From assembly GCA_051294905.1 (NCBI GenBank), contig CM119374.1, positions 19,592,001-19,656,000 of the forward strand: a stretch of DNA of 64,000 bases. Direction: 5' to 3'. Both the position numbers and the translations under genes were made by a program. The number at the start of each line of letters is the position of its first letter. Position 1 is the stretch's first letter. Under the pieces are notes generated by a model, which had not been told where the DNA came from, did not search any database, and worked only from the letters and a program-made list of their open reading frames with translations. This DNA comes from Botryllus schlosseri (lineage: Eukaryota). Shown here piece by piece: positions 22,116-35,896 of the stretch.

Positions 22116-25100
22116 ATTGTATTTCATCAACAAGAAGCTGCGAAATACGTGCATGTATTGCCACTGCGGCGTATCCAATACAGCCAATGACACACTGCCG
22201 TCCTTAAACTTTCTGGCTGCGGTGGTATAATATAATATAGATCAACCCACCGCTGCAATTGATACAGTTTAATCGCACTTGATGAATTTGAGTTGGAGGA
22301 AGGAATGTGAGCTTGTTGATTCAACAATTGGAGGACAGAGATGCGGCTGCTGTATACGGCGAAGCTGGAATTTGATAACCGAATTAGAGTGTTTACGCTA
22401 TGATGTTCAACTGGCGATGTAGGCGAAGTTATTTCCGATCACCAATTCATGAATTCCAGATTGCGCGAAATGCGAGGCTTCATTCTGCTTCTTATGAATA
22501 TACCACACCCACCAACATCTTCAACATACTGTTGTTCAGAAGTGTATGAGATTGGGTATGGTTTGCATACTTCCGTGGAAAATCACAAAATTAGACAGAT
22601 TTCTGTATCACTATACTGACTGGTCTTGGTTTCAGGAATCTCTGTAATTTTATACCTATAAAGCATTAAGGGCTACTATCAGAATTCACTATCGCAGTTG
22701 TATCAGAGATCCTTTGCCTGTGCGCGTCATCAAAATTATCGTTTATTTACACGGCGATGCATTGATTGTGATCCCCGCAATGAGCAGACAAAAGACAATT
22801 GTACTCATTACAAGACGTAGAAACCATTTCTTTTGTTCAAAACTCGATATTTAAAAGTATTAAAGTTCAACCGTGATCATCTTTGTTGTGTTCGCGCGAA
22901 CTTGACTTTGTTTTGAATACAAACCGCATCATAATCCTTCCACTAATGGCGCATGTCGCAGGAGGTCCATGAAATCATTGTTATCTTGATCATTGATTAG
23001 TGGCTGGGATTATCATTGTTACAATGAAATCGCACAAATATAACACGAGCAATGAGCATGAGCAATCTGTAAACAAAACCTCCGTTCGTATGCAGAGTCA
23101 CGCAAATTCTATAGTTGCATTTTTGCAAGAATGCATCGTAATCCTCAGAGGGATATCAAGTTACAGATGCTCAATTAATCATTTCAGATTAAACTGTCCC
23201 CGTCGCTACTACATGCATTGCATGCATAATTCTTTGGGGGATTACGGTTATGTAACGTTCAGACGTTATTATTCGAGGTGTGAAACTGATTTTGAAGTTC
23301 AGTTTCTATACAGATTGATTGATACCAATACAAAGACGGGCCTGTCTTGTAAGGTAGCAGGAAATTACCGACATTAAAGCATCGGGGCGGGTTCTAGCGT
23401 GGTTGGCAGGCAACCCTTTTAGTGTTAGATATACATTGATTTGTGAAAATACCATGTGCATTTAGTTAGGCCATGACATGAGTTAAACCTCTCTTCGAAT
23501 GTCACAACCATCAGGCACGATGGTTTGATCATGATAATATTCATTATTATTTTAATCTGAGTATATCAACGTATAGTCACTGATGATACTCAATAACAGG
23601 TAGTGATACAAGAGTGTGATAAGTACAAATGGAAGTGCGATAATGGTTATATGTGATCATCACAGAAGAAACATTCGGTTTTAGTAAAAAAACAGGAAGG
23701 TGAAGAATGACTCTAGAAAACTCTGCAACCAATAACAATTCATATCAAGTACATCTCTGCAGCAACCGTAGAATGAACGTATGCCGGAGTATATATAATA
23801 GGCTATGGATTATTCGTATATACGGATTTGCCCTTCTCCATAGCCAGTGACATGTGGTAAAGTGACGTTGGTTAGTCATAAGTCACAAGAAATGTGAGAA
23901 TATGCCGCCCCCACATTCGACTGTCGGAGACAAAGCAAATATATACATGGTATATGAAATTTTACGGATCTAACAAATATTTTATATACCCCCGCTGCAT
24001 CTAGACTCAGTAATATCCCTCCCGGGGAGAATAATATGATGACGGAATCATCGAGGAATGATATTCTTTCAGCAACAATCATAAATTTAGTCTTTGTCAC
24101 GGTATGGTGACAATATTGATCTCCCTATTTCTTTCTGGGCTAACTTCAGATCCTATTCAAGAAGCAGCGGTGGTATTAAACCGACCTGCTGCGTTATTGC
24201 TTAATTGTGCGTTTATTGCCGGTATTCACAGGGACACTCTCCTTATCTCTTTCTGCGTGCGTACAGTGCCGTAACATTGTTCATACAGAGCGCGGAAAAC
24301 CCTGTTACTATAGTCTCTAGTCACGATTTGTTTACGGCGCATTTCAATTTGTGTTCGAAGGATCACATTCCGTAGATGTAATATGCACGAAATAGAAATG
24401 CAATTCTTTGATATGAAGCACTAAGGAGCGTCCACCAGTCATACATGAATTCAACCTCCGTCATACCATTAACCGAATTTGAGAGATATATTCAGGTAAC
24501 ATTCGAATGACTGCAATCTGCAATTGGAACTGAGCAATTTGACTGGAATGCATGCAACCCTAAACAAATAATAATCGCCTAATAATCGTGTCACATCGTC
24601 CCAGAAAGAAATCAAAGTGTTCTAATGCTGTACACTATGTATGATTTGAGCCAGCTACATTGATATCAACTCGACGTGAGATACAAGAAAACGACACACG
24701 ATTATAGAGTGATATTGTGACTGAATTTGACTTTGCTTCCTGGCGTTCTTTTCTTGTGGAATCGATAGGATCCAGTGTATATTAAATACACTGAACGTGA
24801 AATAAGTCTCTGAGGTAATCCATATATAGTCGCTATAGCCCCGGTGATAAAGATGAGTTAGAGACCACGACTATCAAAAATTTTCGTGGACATCCTTATG
24901 CACATTGAACGCCCGCGTGGCGCTTTTCTTAATAAATGCAGGAAAAAAAGATTTCCAATCATTGTGCTTGGTTTGCAATCATATCATAATTTACAAGTGG
25001 GCATTACTTACATGCTTTTTCAATTTTTACTATAACGACGACATATGTAGACTTTCGATTTTTCTTCACATCGTGTCTGAGATTGAGATGCATTCTCAAC

Positions 25101-26898
25101 TCAATGCTGTTTTTCAACGTTTAGAGATTGCCAAATATGGAAATCGCAGTCGATACGATTGAAGATAACTCAAAACACTTTATGAAATCCACGAGGCCAA
25201 CAATATAGCATGTACTTAAATCGATGCCATTTTTGGCTGCACAGAGGCCGATCAAAATAGTTTCCGTCTCAAAATGTAGGTTTGATTTCCGTTTTTGATA
25301 TCATCCCTAATAACAAGCAACCTCCGGATTACCAAGAAATAGTCAGGGAGGATGAAGTTTAATCGACTCGTCTAGAACACCCCACATAACCCAACCCGTA
25401 TCATTATCGAATCAAACGAAAACGTGATATGTGTTTGTGTTCGCGAACCCTATATTTTCCACGTATTAAAGCCAAAAATGGCCTACAGTATACTTCACCC
25501 GTGTCATTATATTTGCAGACATTTCTGAATAAATCGTTCAAATTACTGTCTTTCGGACTTCCCTTGTCAGGAAGACAGAGTACTTGAACAGTTTGAAGTT
25601 ACAAGGTGTTTTTTACGCGACAGTCGGAAAAAGTTAATCTAGATTTCATTCTCTGAAAAAAGCCCACTCGAGAAAATTACGTGTGCTCAGAACTGGCTTG
25701 CTTTTGTCGAAGTATGACAAGCTCCCCAGTGCAGAATGAATTCTGGAATTCCGATGTAAACACTCACAAATTGTTTAACAATAAAGCTATCACTTAACCC
25801 ACTTGAAGCCGTGCAAAAACCCGCCCGGCATGTGATTCTTATCAACCGGCACACATTTCTGCGTAATTTTCTCATTTATGGTGAAGTGTTGATTTAAAAC
25901 GGATTCCCGATAATTTGACATGTAGACAGACGACAGCGCTCCGATGCTTTGACAACCGATCGCGTCGGTGACGCCTGCCAATTACGACGACAATCATTAT
26001 ATCACCACTCGAGGTATTATTAAATATCCAAGAATGCTAAGAATGAGCCAACACATTAGGATTTGTGATAGAAAGGTGGAAAATATTGATGCATCATATT
26101 GTACGCCTCTTCTATCGCTTCGTGATTGACCGGAACCATGTTTGACTTCTGGATTCTGTCAGGGCGCAGGCTTTGTTTATAGTCCGTCTGGAATGAGCGA
26201 TATCTCGCCTGCTGTTGAAGGACGATGCATCAATAGAGTTCTGGGACGTAGTCAAAACTATTTTAACAACGTGGATCAATCATGTTTGTGGGCTAGATGG
26301 GCTCTATTGTAAGAAAAGATTAAATAAGACTTTCCCCGACAGAAATTTGCAGACGCTTCGCACATTGAGATCGCGCAAGCTCGGTATTCCACAACCACAC
26401 CAATAATACCATACCTATACTCACCACTCATGACTGTATTGTATATATGGTGCGTAAACGCTCTTGCATTTTCGACTATTACTCGGTTTCGCAACAATGT
26501 GTCACGTTAGTAGTGACGTAGACATGAATATCATTGATCATGACATTGTGAGGTCCAAAAATATGAGGTTGATATTATCTATAGAACTCGCAGACCCTGG
26601 ATTTAAGATAACAACACTAGTAAGCAATATGTCAAATAAACACTACAACATATATATATTTACACTCTGTGACTATATCATAGCGTTGATAAACATCCCC
26701 GAATATTAATGGCGGATTTTTTTCCCGAAATACTTTATTTTCTATACAGTTTTGGGTTCAAAATTCCAAAAATGAGATTACCGTACGAAAATGAGGGACT
26801 ACAAGAAATATTACTACTTACAGAGTGAACGGAGGTAAATCAAACGGTACTAATTATAACATGAAATAGATTGGTGAGGGTTTCCTTAGGTGTCCGGT

Positions 26899-27146
26899 CA
26901 ATACTGAGAAAACCATTACCGAGAATGCCATTACCGAAAATGGACATTACCGAGAATGCAATGTATGCAATGCAGGCATGTTATGTATATGAGCAGCAGG
27001 TCGTGTAAATGTGCTTCACGGCGTTGCCACATTCGGTGTCGAATCCAGGTAGCAATTTCTCGACAACGTCCGTCCCAGTAAGTTAGATTCTTTGCGTGGC
27101 TATTACCGGTAATGTCCATTCTCAGTAATGGTTTTCTCGGTATTGG
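26899..27146. repeat. Palindromic MITE-like relic with ATTACCGAGAATG unit repeats
   Basis: Arms 26899-26955 and 27102-27146 are reverse complements built from ~15-bp CATTACCGAGAATG units; no TSD resolved. Confidence 0.65.
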
Positions 27147-27261
27147 TATATATACCCGGTTCTTGTTTTGTATTTCGTCGGTGCTCGATTGGGAATTGGA
27201 AAGAGCTCTTCCTATGTCGGTCGGGCACTAAATCAAATTGGCTTCGTCGGGATATTCGCCT

Positions 27262-27785
27262 TTCAATTCAATTCAATTCAGTTTGTTGCTAAAAATTTAA
27301 TCATTTCAATACATCACAACACTGCGATACAATGAAAGATAGGAAGGTGTCGATACGACTTGGAGTAGTCTTTGAAATCAGATACCCACCTGGCCTAGGC
27401 GATATAAAAATGGCGACATGCACATTGAATGAAAAGTAAAAGAAGATAATATAAAAGGAAGTTGACAAAAAGGTGACATATATCGGAAGGCGAGATCGAT
27501 ATGTCAAATCGTGGTCCGGTAAACTAGAGGGCTAACTAGTGTTATTCAGTAGAAATTATTTGTATTTCGACTTGAATGTGGACATGCTCGATGACTGTCG
27601 GATAGCAAGCGAGATATTGTTCCACAAATCAGGTCCTGCATATTTGATAGAGTGATGATCTTTTTTGTCCACCATACGGTAGTTGGACGACATTGACGTG
27701 CGTTTGTCGTACTTATGCACTTTTGATACCGAGGTAAAGAAGTTATTGAAGTTTTCGGGGCAGTAGCCGCAGTATATTACGTAAA
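27262..27785 (-). mobile_element. 3' end of a CR1/L2-group LINE (ORF2 C-terminus, 3' UTR and tail)
   Basis: PENFNNFFTSVSKVHKY...SIKYAGPDLWNNISLAIRQSSSMSTFKSKYK* is typical of CR1/L2/Crack ORF2 ends; tandem (TGAAT)n tail at 27262-27280. Confidence 0.8.
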
Positions 27786-28914
27786 GGGAACAGGTTAGGT
27801 GCGTGAAACTAAGGTGATCCCGAAGTAACATGGATGTTAACTGCCATGATGAAATAATCTGGCACACTTCTTTTCGAAAGGCTGCCAAGCACCTTCCCTA
27901 CTTTCCAGACTAAAAAGATTTTCAGAGTTTAGTGTGACATTAAATGCTTAATCGTTATGTAAGTTTCGAATCGCTTATTGCGGCGTTTGCAAAAACCGTG
28001 TACAGGAAAAGCATGTAATCAACTCAAAACAACGGACTAATTTTGTACCTCACGAATCCAAGTCTACTGTAAATATTGTACCAAATCTCTAAATAGAGCC
28101 AGGAGATTTTTTTTTGCAAGAGCCTTTCAAACTGCCCCGCGCACCGATTTCGCGGACCACTGGTCTGTAGCATAAATTTCCAGACTTGGGTGGATGAGTA
28201 TAGAATAGGCCTATAACAAGAATATCGTTTAGCCGTCTCGCGCTTCTGCCCTTCGCCAGCGATAATCGTGTTTGAACATGTGATAAAGACTTGTACGCAA
28301 GACCTCACTTGAGAAGACCGCGGATTACTCGCGGCTTCTGCGATTTTCATTACGTAAACCCGTCGGTCTTAAAACAATGGATTTTCTCATCCGTTCTGTG
28401 ACTCCATGCGCGTGGCACGCCGCTAGGGAATATCTCCTACTCAAGATAGCAGAACGTGAAAGCTGATTATGTACTTGATCCGCAGATGAATCAATCAGAC
28501 GGGGCAAATATGTTTGAGCAACGTATGGTAAGATGGAAAGTAGAATCGAAAAATGTTATAGGATAATAAGCAGATCGCATCAACATAAACAAAATATTAC
28601 ATTCCTGGCGCTGGAATGCGGAAATTAGATTTCGCGGGGAGATTGAATCATGGGTTATACGCTTCCTTTTTTGATCCATGTGGTAACATATCTTTTTGGT
28701 ATAGTGCGAAGGTTCTGCTGACCGTTGTTCCCTTCAAAAGTTCGTTTTCGTAAGGCTCTACAACTTAAGAATTCTGTTCAATAACAAAATTGCACGGTAA
28801 TGTAAACATGATCAAAATACCTCGAATTGCACCTTGCTATCACCCCCTGCAGGACGGTGACTGCAATAATGGAATAGGGACACAATACTCAGATATGATA
28901 AGCTATAGTATAAC

Positions 28915-29504
28915 TATAGAAATTAAACATGGAACGGCAACGACCGATTTTGCAGCTTCGTTCCGCTTCGCCGAGGCTGGAGTGAGGAATTGTTTTGCGT
29001 AAGCGACTGTAGGATTTCTGACAATCCAAAAGCTATCTTCCCGAGCGCAGAAATTATTGAACCTGGTCTTCATCGAAAGCTACTGTTGCACCGATTCCGA
29101 AAATATAAATTAACATATTGATCAGGCACTGATCCACCTAGAATCCGTCCTCCAATCTGAAAAATCGGCATTGTTCGAACAAACGGAGAGTCGCAACGGG
29201 TCATTGTTAAGGCCACTGTGTTGCGGTTACCCGATTGTTGTGAACAATGCCGATATTTCAGGCTTGGAGGACAGATTCTAGGTGGATCAGTGCCTGATCA
29301 ACATTTGAATTTATATTTTCGGAATCGGTGCAACAGTAGCTTTCGATCAAGACCAGATTCAGTAATTTCTGCGCTCGGGAAGATAGCTTTTGGATTGCCA
29401 GAAATCCTACAGTCGCTTACGCAAAACAATTCTTCACTCCAGCCTCAGCGAAGCGGAACGAAGCTGCAAAATCGGTCGTTGCCGTTCCATGTTTAATTTC
29501 TATA
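28915..29504. mobile_element. 590-bp foldback element with ~262-bp inverted arms
   Basis: 28915-29176 versus the reverse complement of 29242-29504 differ at about 13 positions by eye; ends lie in TATA, compatible with a TA or TATA TSD. Confidence 0.9.
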
Positions 29505-32500
29505 ATTTGATTGATTCTCGAGAGTGCTCCAAAAGTATATCGATATTCCAGTTGTAAATAATGTAATTGCACAACTCAGTCCTTCCTTCCTTCCTTAGCC
29601 CGAAAACTGCCTAGAGCGAGATCATGAACTTATATTCCCCCCTGTGACAGGGTTATACATTCGTAATGAAACAACAAATTATATTCAAGTCCCACGGGGT
29701 CAAATTGTACTGGGCGGAATAGGGATATTTGTAGGTCGGAAACTAATCCTGAATATACAGAAATGCAATCAATCATTTTTATGGCAGGACAATTTCACTT
29801 TAATCGCGCTGTCGTGAGTGATTTCTTCGGAATGACACCGTCCGCTTATTTAAATTAATGACTATAGTAGTCTCGCAATATTTTATACAGTCTTGCTGGG
29901 GGAAAGGATGCAAAAAGAGATTGTGTTTTAGTTGAGCGTTGTATAAGAATGCTGACTTCACAAGACCACATAATGTACTTGATCGCGTTCGTGTTCACAT
30001 CGACCCTTTTATACAATACCGTGTTCACACGAAATTTAACTTTTAGCGATTCGCAACATCCTTATTATCCTTCCATTTATTTGTTCAATGTTCAAATGTT
30101 CACAGGCCTCAGTATACTCAAACTATCTCACGAGGCGCGACCGAATTGGATGAAATGGAATGAATTTTTCCAGGAATCATATGCTCTAAAGGTACATTCG
30201 CGCCTGGACATTTCAGCATATAACAAAGGTAACAAGGCACAATATTTGGATTTAAATGATCAGATATCACGACCTGATCTTTAAAATGATACACTTTAAT
30301 CTACACAAAAGTCAGCTATGGTTGGAATGTTTCTCAAAAATATTCTGACAATGTCATCGCTACAATCAACGCGTCTGTTTGCCAGTGGTAAATACCGAAA
30401 ATACCGGGGCTACCGTCGAATTCATACCTGACACCTATGTAATTTTCGACCGGTTTACTTTAACGCTCAGCAAACCCATAGTCTAATTATTCGCACCTGG
30501 GTGTCAGCTGCAGCGCGATATCTGTATCATGAAAACACTTCAAGGACACTTTCAGACGCCGGAAATGGAAATCGTGGTTTATGAGAATATTGCAACGGAT
30601 TTTTCGTAAATAGTTCATGATATCCTTTAAAATATCCTTCCACGGTGAAAATAAACGAATTATCGGACTATTATGGAACGCTGTAATTAAACTCACAATT
30701 CCTAGGAAATTAGATAACTTTGACTGTTCTCACGCCGACGGTGAAGTCGATTGCGGTTAGGACGGCTAGTCTGCGGTCAGGTTTCTACCATATTTTAGTA
30801 GAATACTAATCCATTTTAGGGTCTTTTGAATCGACCGAGATAGGCAGTGGCAGTCAACGATGAAACACTAAAGATTATGATCGCAAATTGACAATTTAGG
30901 TAATAACATAGCTGCAGCAATAATTTGGAAGGGTCTTAGAAATTCCGCACATTCAATATCGCCGATTTCGCAATACATATATATCATATGATTTAGCAAA
31001 ATTTCTATGGGTGTAACAGCGCAAACCATAAAAATCCGTACACGGTCATTATATTAAAATAACCCTACTTGATTTGGAGTCCGTTGCCTTTTATGATTCA
31101 TGTATATAGCATGGCAAGATGGCGCTCTTATACATGCTTGCTTATAATGCTTATGCACCAGTCGAGTATGCAGATTCATATCCAATGGAACATTCCTACA
31201 GCTTCTATTAAGGCTTTTGAATAAGTTCTGACACTTTATGTAGATACCTCCTTTCCTCTGTATATTTATATGAAATTTGAACGTTTTAACATCAGAGACA
31301 CTGGACGGAATCAATTTAATTCATTTGCTTCGGTGTATTTTTGACCTCACGAAATTCGTCGATTAATGTATTTGCATCTCGGTGTAGTAGAGATAATAAT
31401 AATATTTTGAGTATAATAACAGGTCAAATTACACAATTCTCGAAAAGCAACGAACTTTTATGAAGTCCCGAATTGGATTAATACTCAAAAATATACGAAC
31501 TGTATGAACTAAAGCGATAATACATTAAGTGATAAGTATGTGTCATAATATTTGTTCAGGTTTTTAGTGTTCTGGCGGGAATTGACGATATCGCAATGGA
31601 GAGGACTGAAGACACAATGGAAAGTATTTTCGTTTGAAAATTATAATTGAGTGCGGAGAAATAGGTGAAGACCTCATATATTAGGTGCTACGAGAATAGA
31701 ATTTCTATTCACGCCAAATTAGGTAGATCTAATTGTTTAATAATGATCCTTTATGAGTTTGAAAATTCCGTCATACTACGATCCGACACGATAGTTGAGA
31801 TACTCATGCTGCTACAGTAAGTGCATTGCCATTCCTAATTCGACAAAAATGTCCTTCGATGAACTCGAGAACAAAATCACGTTTGTTTAATTTACATGAA
31901 GCGCGTGCTCACTGCTCACTATACACATTTGACCGAATGCACAATTTTCCCATTCACTGCGTATGAAATAGTTTGAATTGAGAAAAATGTTTCTGAATTC
32001 ATGTGATCGCCCGAAAACACTGGCCATAATGCGTTTCAAATCGGTCAACACACAATGGCAAGAACAAACCACAGCGTTATGACATCATCATTATTTCGAT
32101 AATGACACATTGCAAGGTTATAATTTGTCGTGTCCTTGACTGTCTTTCTCATGGCACACAGTGTCATGCGTTGAGAACAAAAAGGCTAATCGTAATTTCT
32201 AATGCGTGTTTGTGTCTCCTTTCTGTATGCCGTAATTGCAATTTACTTTTCCATGAATTCCATGCGATCAAACGAACTTTAGTCAAGGGTGTAATACAAC
32301 AGCGAAATCACGATAAAACATGATCGGTATAACAAATTCTGGGCCCATTCTCCTTTCTCGTATGTTTATTGACAATTACGTGATCATATTGTACTTATTG
32401 CACTTGCGATATCTGACGTCATTTATCTTGATGAGTTACGACATATCCCTATATGTGGCATGTGATGATATTAGGCGCTGAGACGTAATTTATGTAAACC

Positions 32501-33617
32501 GGTGATAACACTGCCTAGTGCGGGATGGACCGGAAGATATTTGAAACAGATCATCACCATTTGAGATATGTGCAAGTATTGCTAGCCTTAATACCAATCC
32601 ATAGTTATTCCTAGAGAGGGGAGTATTTTGTCCGGATATTTAATCTGCGTTTGACTCTCGTATCATAATTTGATAAGTAGAAATCGGACTTCGGCAAACC
32701 ACAACGTTCAGTTAATATCGCTGCAATAACCCTTGGTAAAAATTGTTTTGTTTGTCACACACGGCATCATTCAATACCTGATATCTTTAATGGTTCATTT
32801 TGCCACCTCAATATTCGATTTCAGATTCACACAAAAGCACGCCTTTTGTTTAACAAGCGACCAATATTATTATAAGCTATCGTAAAGTAAATTTCTTCCA
32901 AATAATGAATTTTAAATGTACTCGACAGAGTCAAGGAGGCGGGGTCACACAGGGGCTGGTATACATTCATGTCAATTGAGGTGCCTAAGTATCGTAGACC
33001 CCTGTTACGTGCATGGTTTTGCGAATTAAGACTCACAAAAGTAGTCTTCTAGTCATTCCTGTCCGCCGCACGGCGATACAGCAATGATTCGAAATCGAAT
33101 ACCCCTTTATCTGCATCTCAAACGACCCCGTCGTCTGTTTGTAAGCTTACTCATAGATGAGGCGTGCTGCTATGTCAACCCGATTACACTGGAATGCGGT
33201 TCTAGTCATGTTTTCTCGCATATTATTACGAATTGTATGATACCATTGTCTTCGTTCCTATCGCCTTGTCAAATTTACTATGATTTTGGGGTAGCGGTTA
33301 CGAAGAAAATTACAAATGTCGTTGGTAGTCCGAAGGCGCTTCATATTTCAGCTTATCCAAATATTCCCGAGTAGCCAATTACGATCAACTATCGAATTTC
33401 AGACACCTCGATAGACATTTGCAACTTTTTATATACCCAGTTAAACTCTCGCCTCCGCTATTAAGAACAATGGACAGCATCGATACATGGATGCGAAAAA
33501 CGACGGCAAAAATTGATTTAGACTTTACAGCAACTACCAAGAGAAAAATATTATTGTATCCGTATGTAAAATTCTCACCGCTTTTATAACATTAAACTAC
33601 TCGCTTTCACTTCTAAA

Positions 33618-34142
33618 TACGGCTGGGCGCAATGATTCGAGTACTCGAATCTGAATCGAGCAATAATTTTAATGATTCGAGTCGAGTAGTAAAAGACAGT
33701 TTTTTGGAGTACTGAAATTATACGCTTCTCGCCACTTCAAGTTAATTTATCAACGAGAATTATAGTTTTGATCCTAATTTTCACTGTTGAAGCCTTGAAA
33801 GCTTGATTGGCGGTATCGTAGCATACGAATCAAATAGTACAAAGCTACGAAGGTTACTGGACGAGTGGACGTAGCACATTTTCAAAGTCATGATTATCCC
33901 ACATAACATTGTCACCAAGTGGAATGAAATCGGTATGGTCGAAAATATACCAAAGTATCATTTATGAGAAATAACAGGCAATATATTCTTTGTGGTGACA
34001 AAAACGGTACATATTTGAACTTTGACGAATTAAATCCTGTTATGACGTCATAACGGGCGATACTCGATTACTCGACTCGACTCGAAGCATATAACGTGAT
34101 TCAGAATCGAATCACTCAGGTACTCAATTTTGCCCAGCCCTA
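33618..34142. mobile_element. hAT MITE family A, copy 2 (inverted)
   Basis: Reverse-complement homolog of 4982-5496; TSD cttctaaa / cctctaaa (7/8). Confidence 0.88.
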
Positions 34143-34484
34143 CCTCTAAATAGCATCACGACGTGTTCTGTTCAACTTTATGCATTACTCCTGTGCCTCG
34201 GTGGACGAATTGATAAATAGTTCTCTCTACCTTTCTGGATGATGTTTGTCTCCCAGAACAAATTATACTAGCGATTGCGTAACTCATTGTCTCGTATCAG
34301 TTATATATTTAAGCAATGTTAAGCATGGTTACTCTAGTACAGAGATGTAACCGCAGACAAGTCATACTATGTTATCCATGAGAAAATGTTCAAAACAGGT
34401 ACTACAATACATTAACTAACATGTGTATTAAAACCCAACAAAAACGACACAAATATTACACTGCAATTACCGGAATACAAATAA

Positions 34485-35896
34485 CACTGATCAACACATA
34501 TTTATAGGCGGACAAAGTAAGAGTGGTATAAGGGGTTCTGAAGGGCACTGATTCCGAATATGACCTTAGTTTTTTCAAATTGGCTCGATTTTTTGGAGAT
34601 ATCCACGGGGCTATTTTGACTAAAATCTCATAATTTCACTGTATGGGCTGGATAAAAAAATCGTCTCAGTCGTACTATAAAGTTCAGAAATTCAATCTAC
34701 TTGTTATTTGGACACGATGTAGACTGTTTTAAATCAAAATACATCAACAGAATTATATTTGGGGGTATTAGATTTATCATAATTGAAGAATTCCACGGAT
34801 ATCATGTACATAAATAAACTTCAATCATGTATATAAGTCTTTACCTAAATACTCAAATAACGCTGCATTAATTGATACAGTTTTATATCAACCACCCAAT
34901 TTAAAATTCAAAATAATCAGTTGTAATATAATATTAATAACTTATCTTGAAGCAAAATTGGTTCTTGTACTATTTTCGGTTGTAAGCAATTTAGTGCAGT
35001 TTTTCGAAAGGTTCCAGCAATAGTCTGCCATAATATGTTCGTCGCATCTGCACTGATATCTTTCTTTTGTTCTTTTGATGTATTGGTGGAACCTTTCCCC
35101 TTTCTATTCGCTCTAATCAACAATATTATCAGAAAATATATCAAGATGATTGAACCGGAAGTGAGATTCAATGCTCATGTTTGCTCCAAGGTTTCCATAT
35201 GCAGATACCAATTCTCGGACCAACTGTCTGTAGTTGGGTCCTTTGTGGTCTTCCAAAAAGTATTATTTACTACTTGCTAGAAGAGATTCCATGGAGTGAG
35301 TACCTTTCTTAATATGAAATTGTAACCCTTAGTCCGTATTCGAATCTGAGATCCATCAAAGATTCCAGACTTAAGCTAATCGTTTGATATGGATACTAGG
35401 TATACCCACTTTGTTGGCTTTACGGAAAATTATCCATTTACAAGTGAAAAGAGATGCGACGCATATGAGTATTTTAGTTAGGCTTCCAGGGACAGACTTG
35501 ATAGCTTTATACTCCTCTTTAATCTTGGTAGAATGACCAATTGGTACAGGAGAAAATATATTTCCATTGTGCAAAAGTACAATTTTTAGGCTGGACAAAC
35601 TGCTTTTTTAAGAAACAAAGTTCTCGCATCAGGTCATGATAATATGGATGGAATAACTGAGAACGACATGAGTTTTAATCATAGTCAATTATCTATTTAT
35701 GCGCAGTATAAAAGTAGAAAAATTCAAGATTTACTTCCAACCAAGTGAAATATTTATGGGTAAATACATTGATTTTAAGCTTTTTAGGCGTATAAATATC
35801 TTCTTTTTCTAGAGCCAATCCAGCAAAACTAATGTAATATTCGTATTCAGCGACCTTGAAAACCCCATGCCATTTTTTTAATTTTGTTGACCAGTG
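34485..35896 (-). mobile_element. Internally deleted Chapaev3-like (CMC superfamily) DNA transposon
   Basis: TIR CACTGATCAACA...TGTTGACCAGTG; TAA at both flanks (34482-34484, 35897-35899); shared subterminal motif atattcg.a.tcag.g.cct...aacccc at both ends. Confidence 0.8.
34990..35610 (-). pseudogene. Degenerate Chapaev3-like transposase fragments
   Basis: SLKIVLLHNGN...PIGHS, QSGYT*YP, GIFDGSQIR, NYRQLV...LGANMSI..HF..HLDIF, GERFHQ...ERYQ...IMADYCW, in the expected order with stops, frameshifts and deletions. Family assignment is from memory. Confidence 0.78.
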
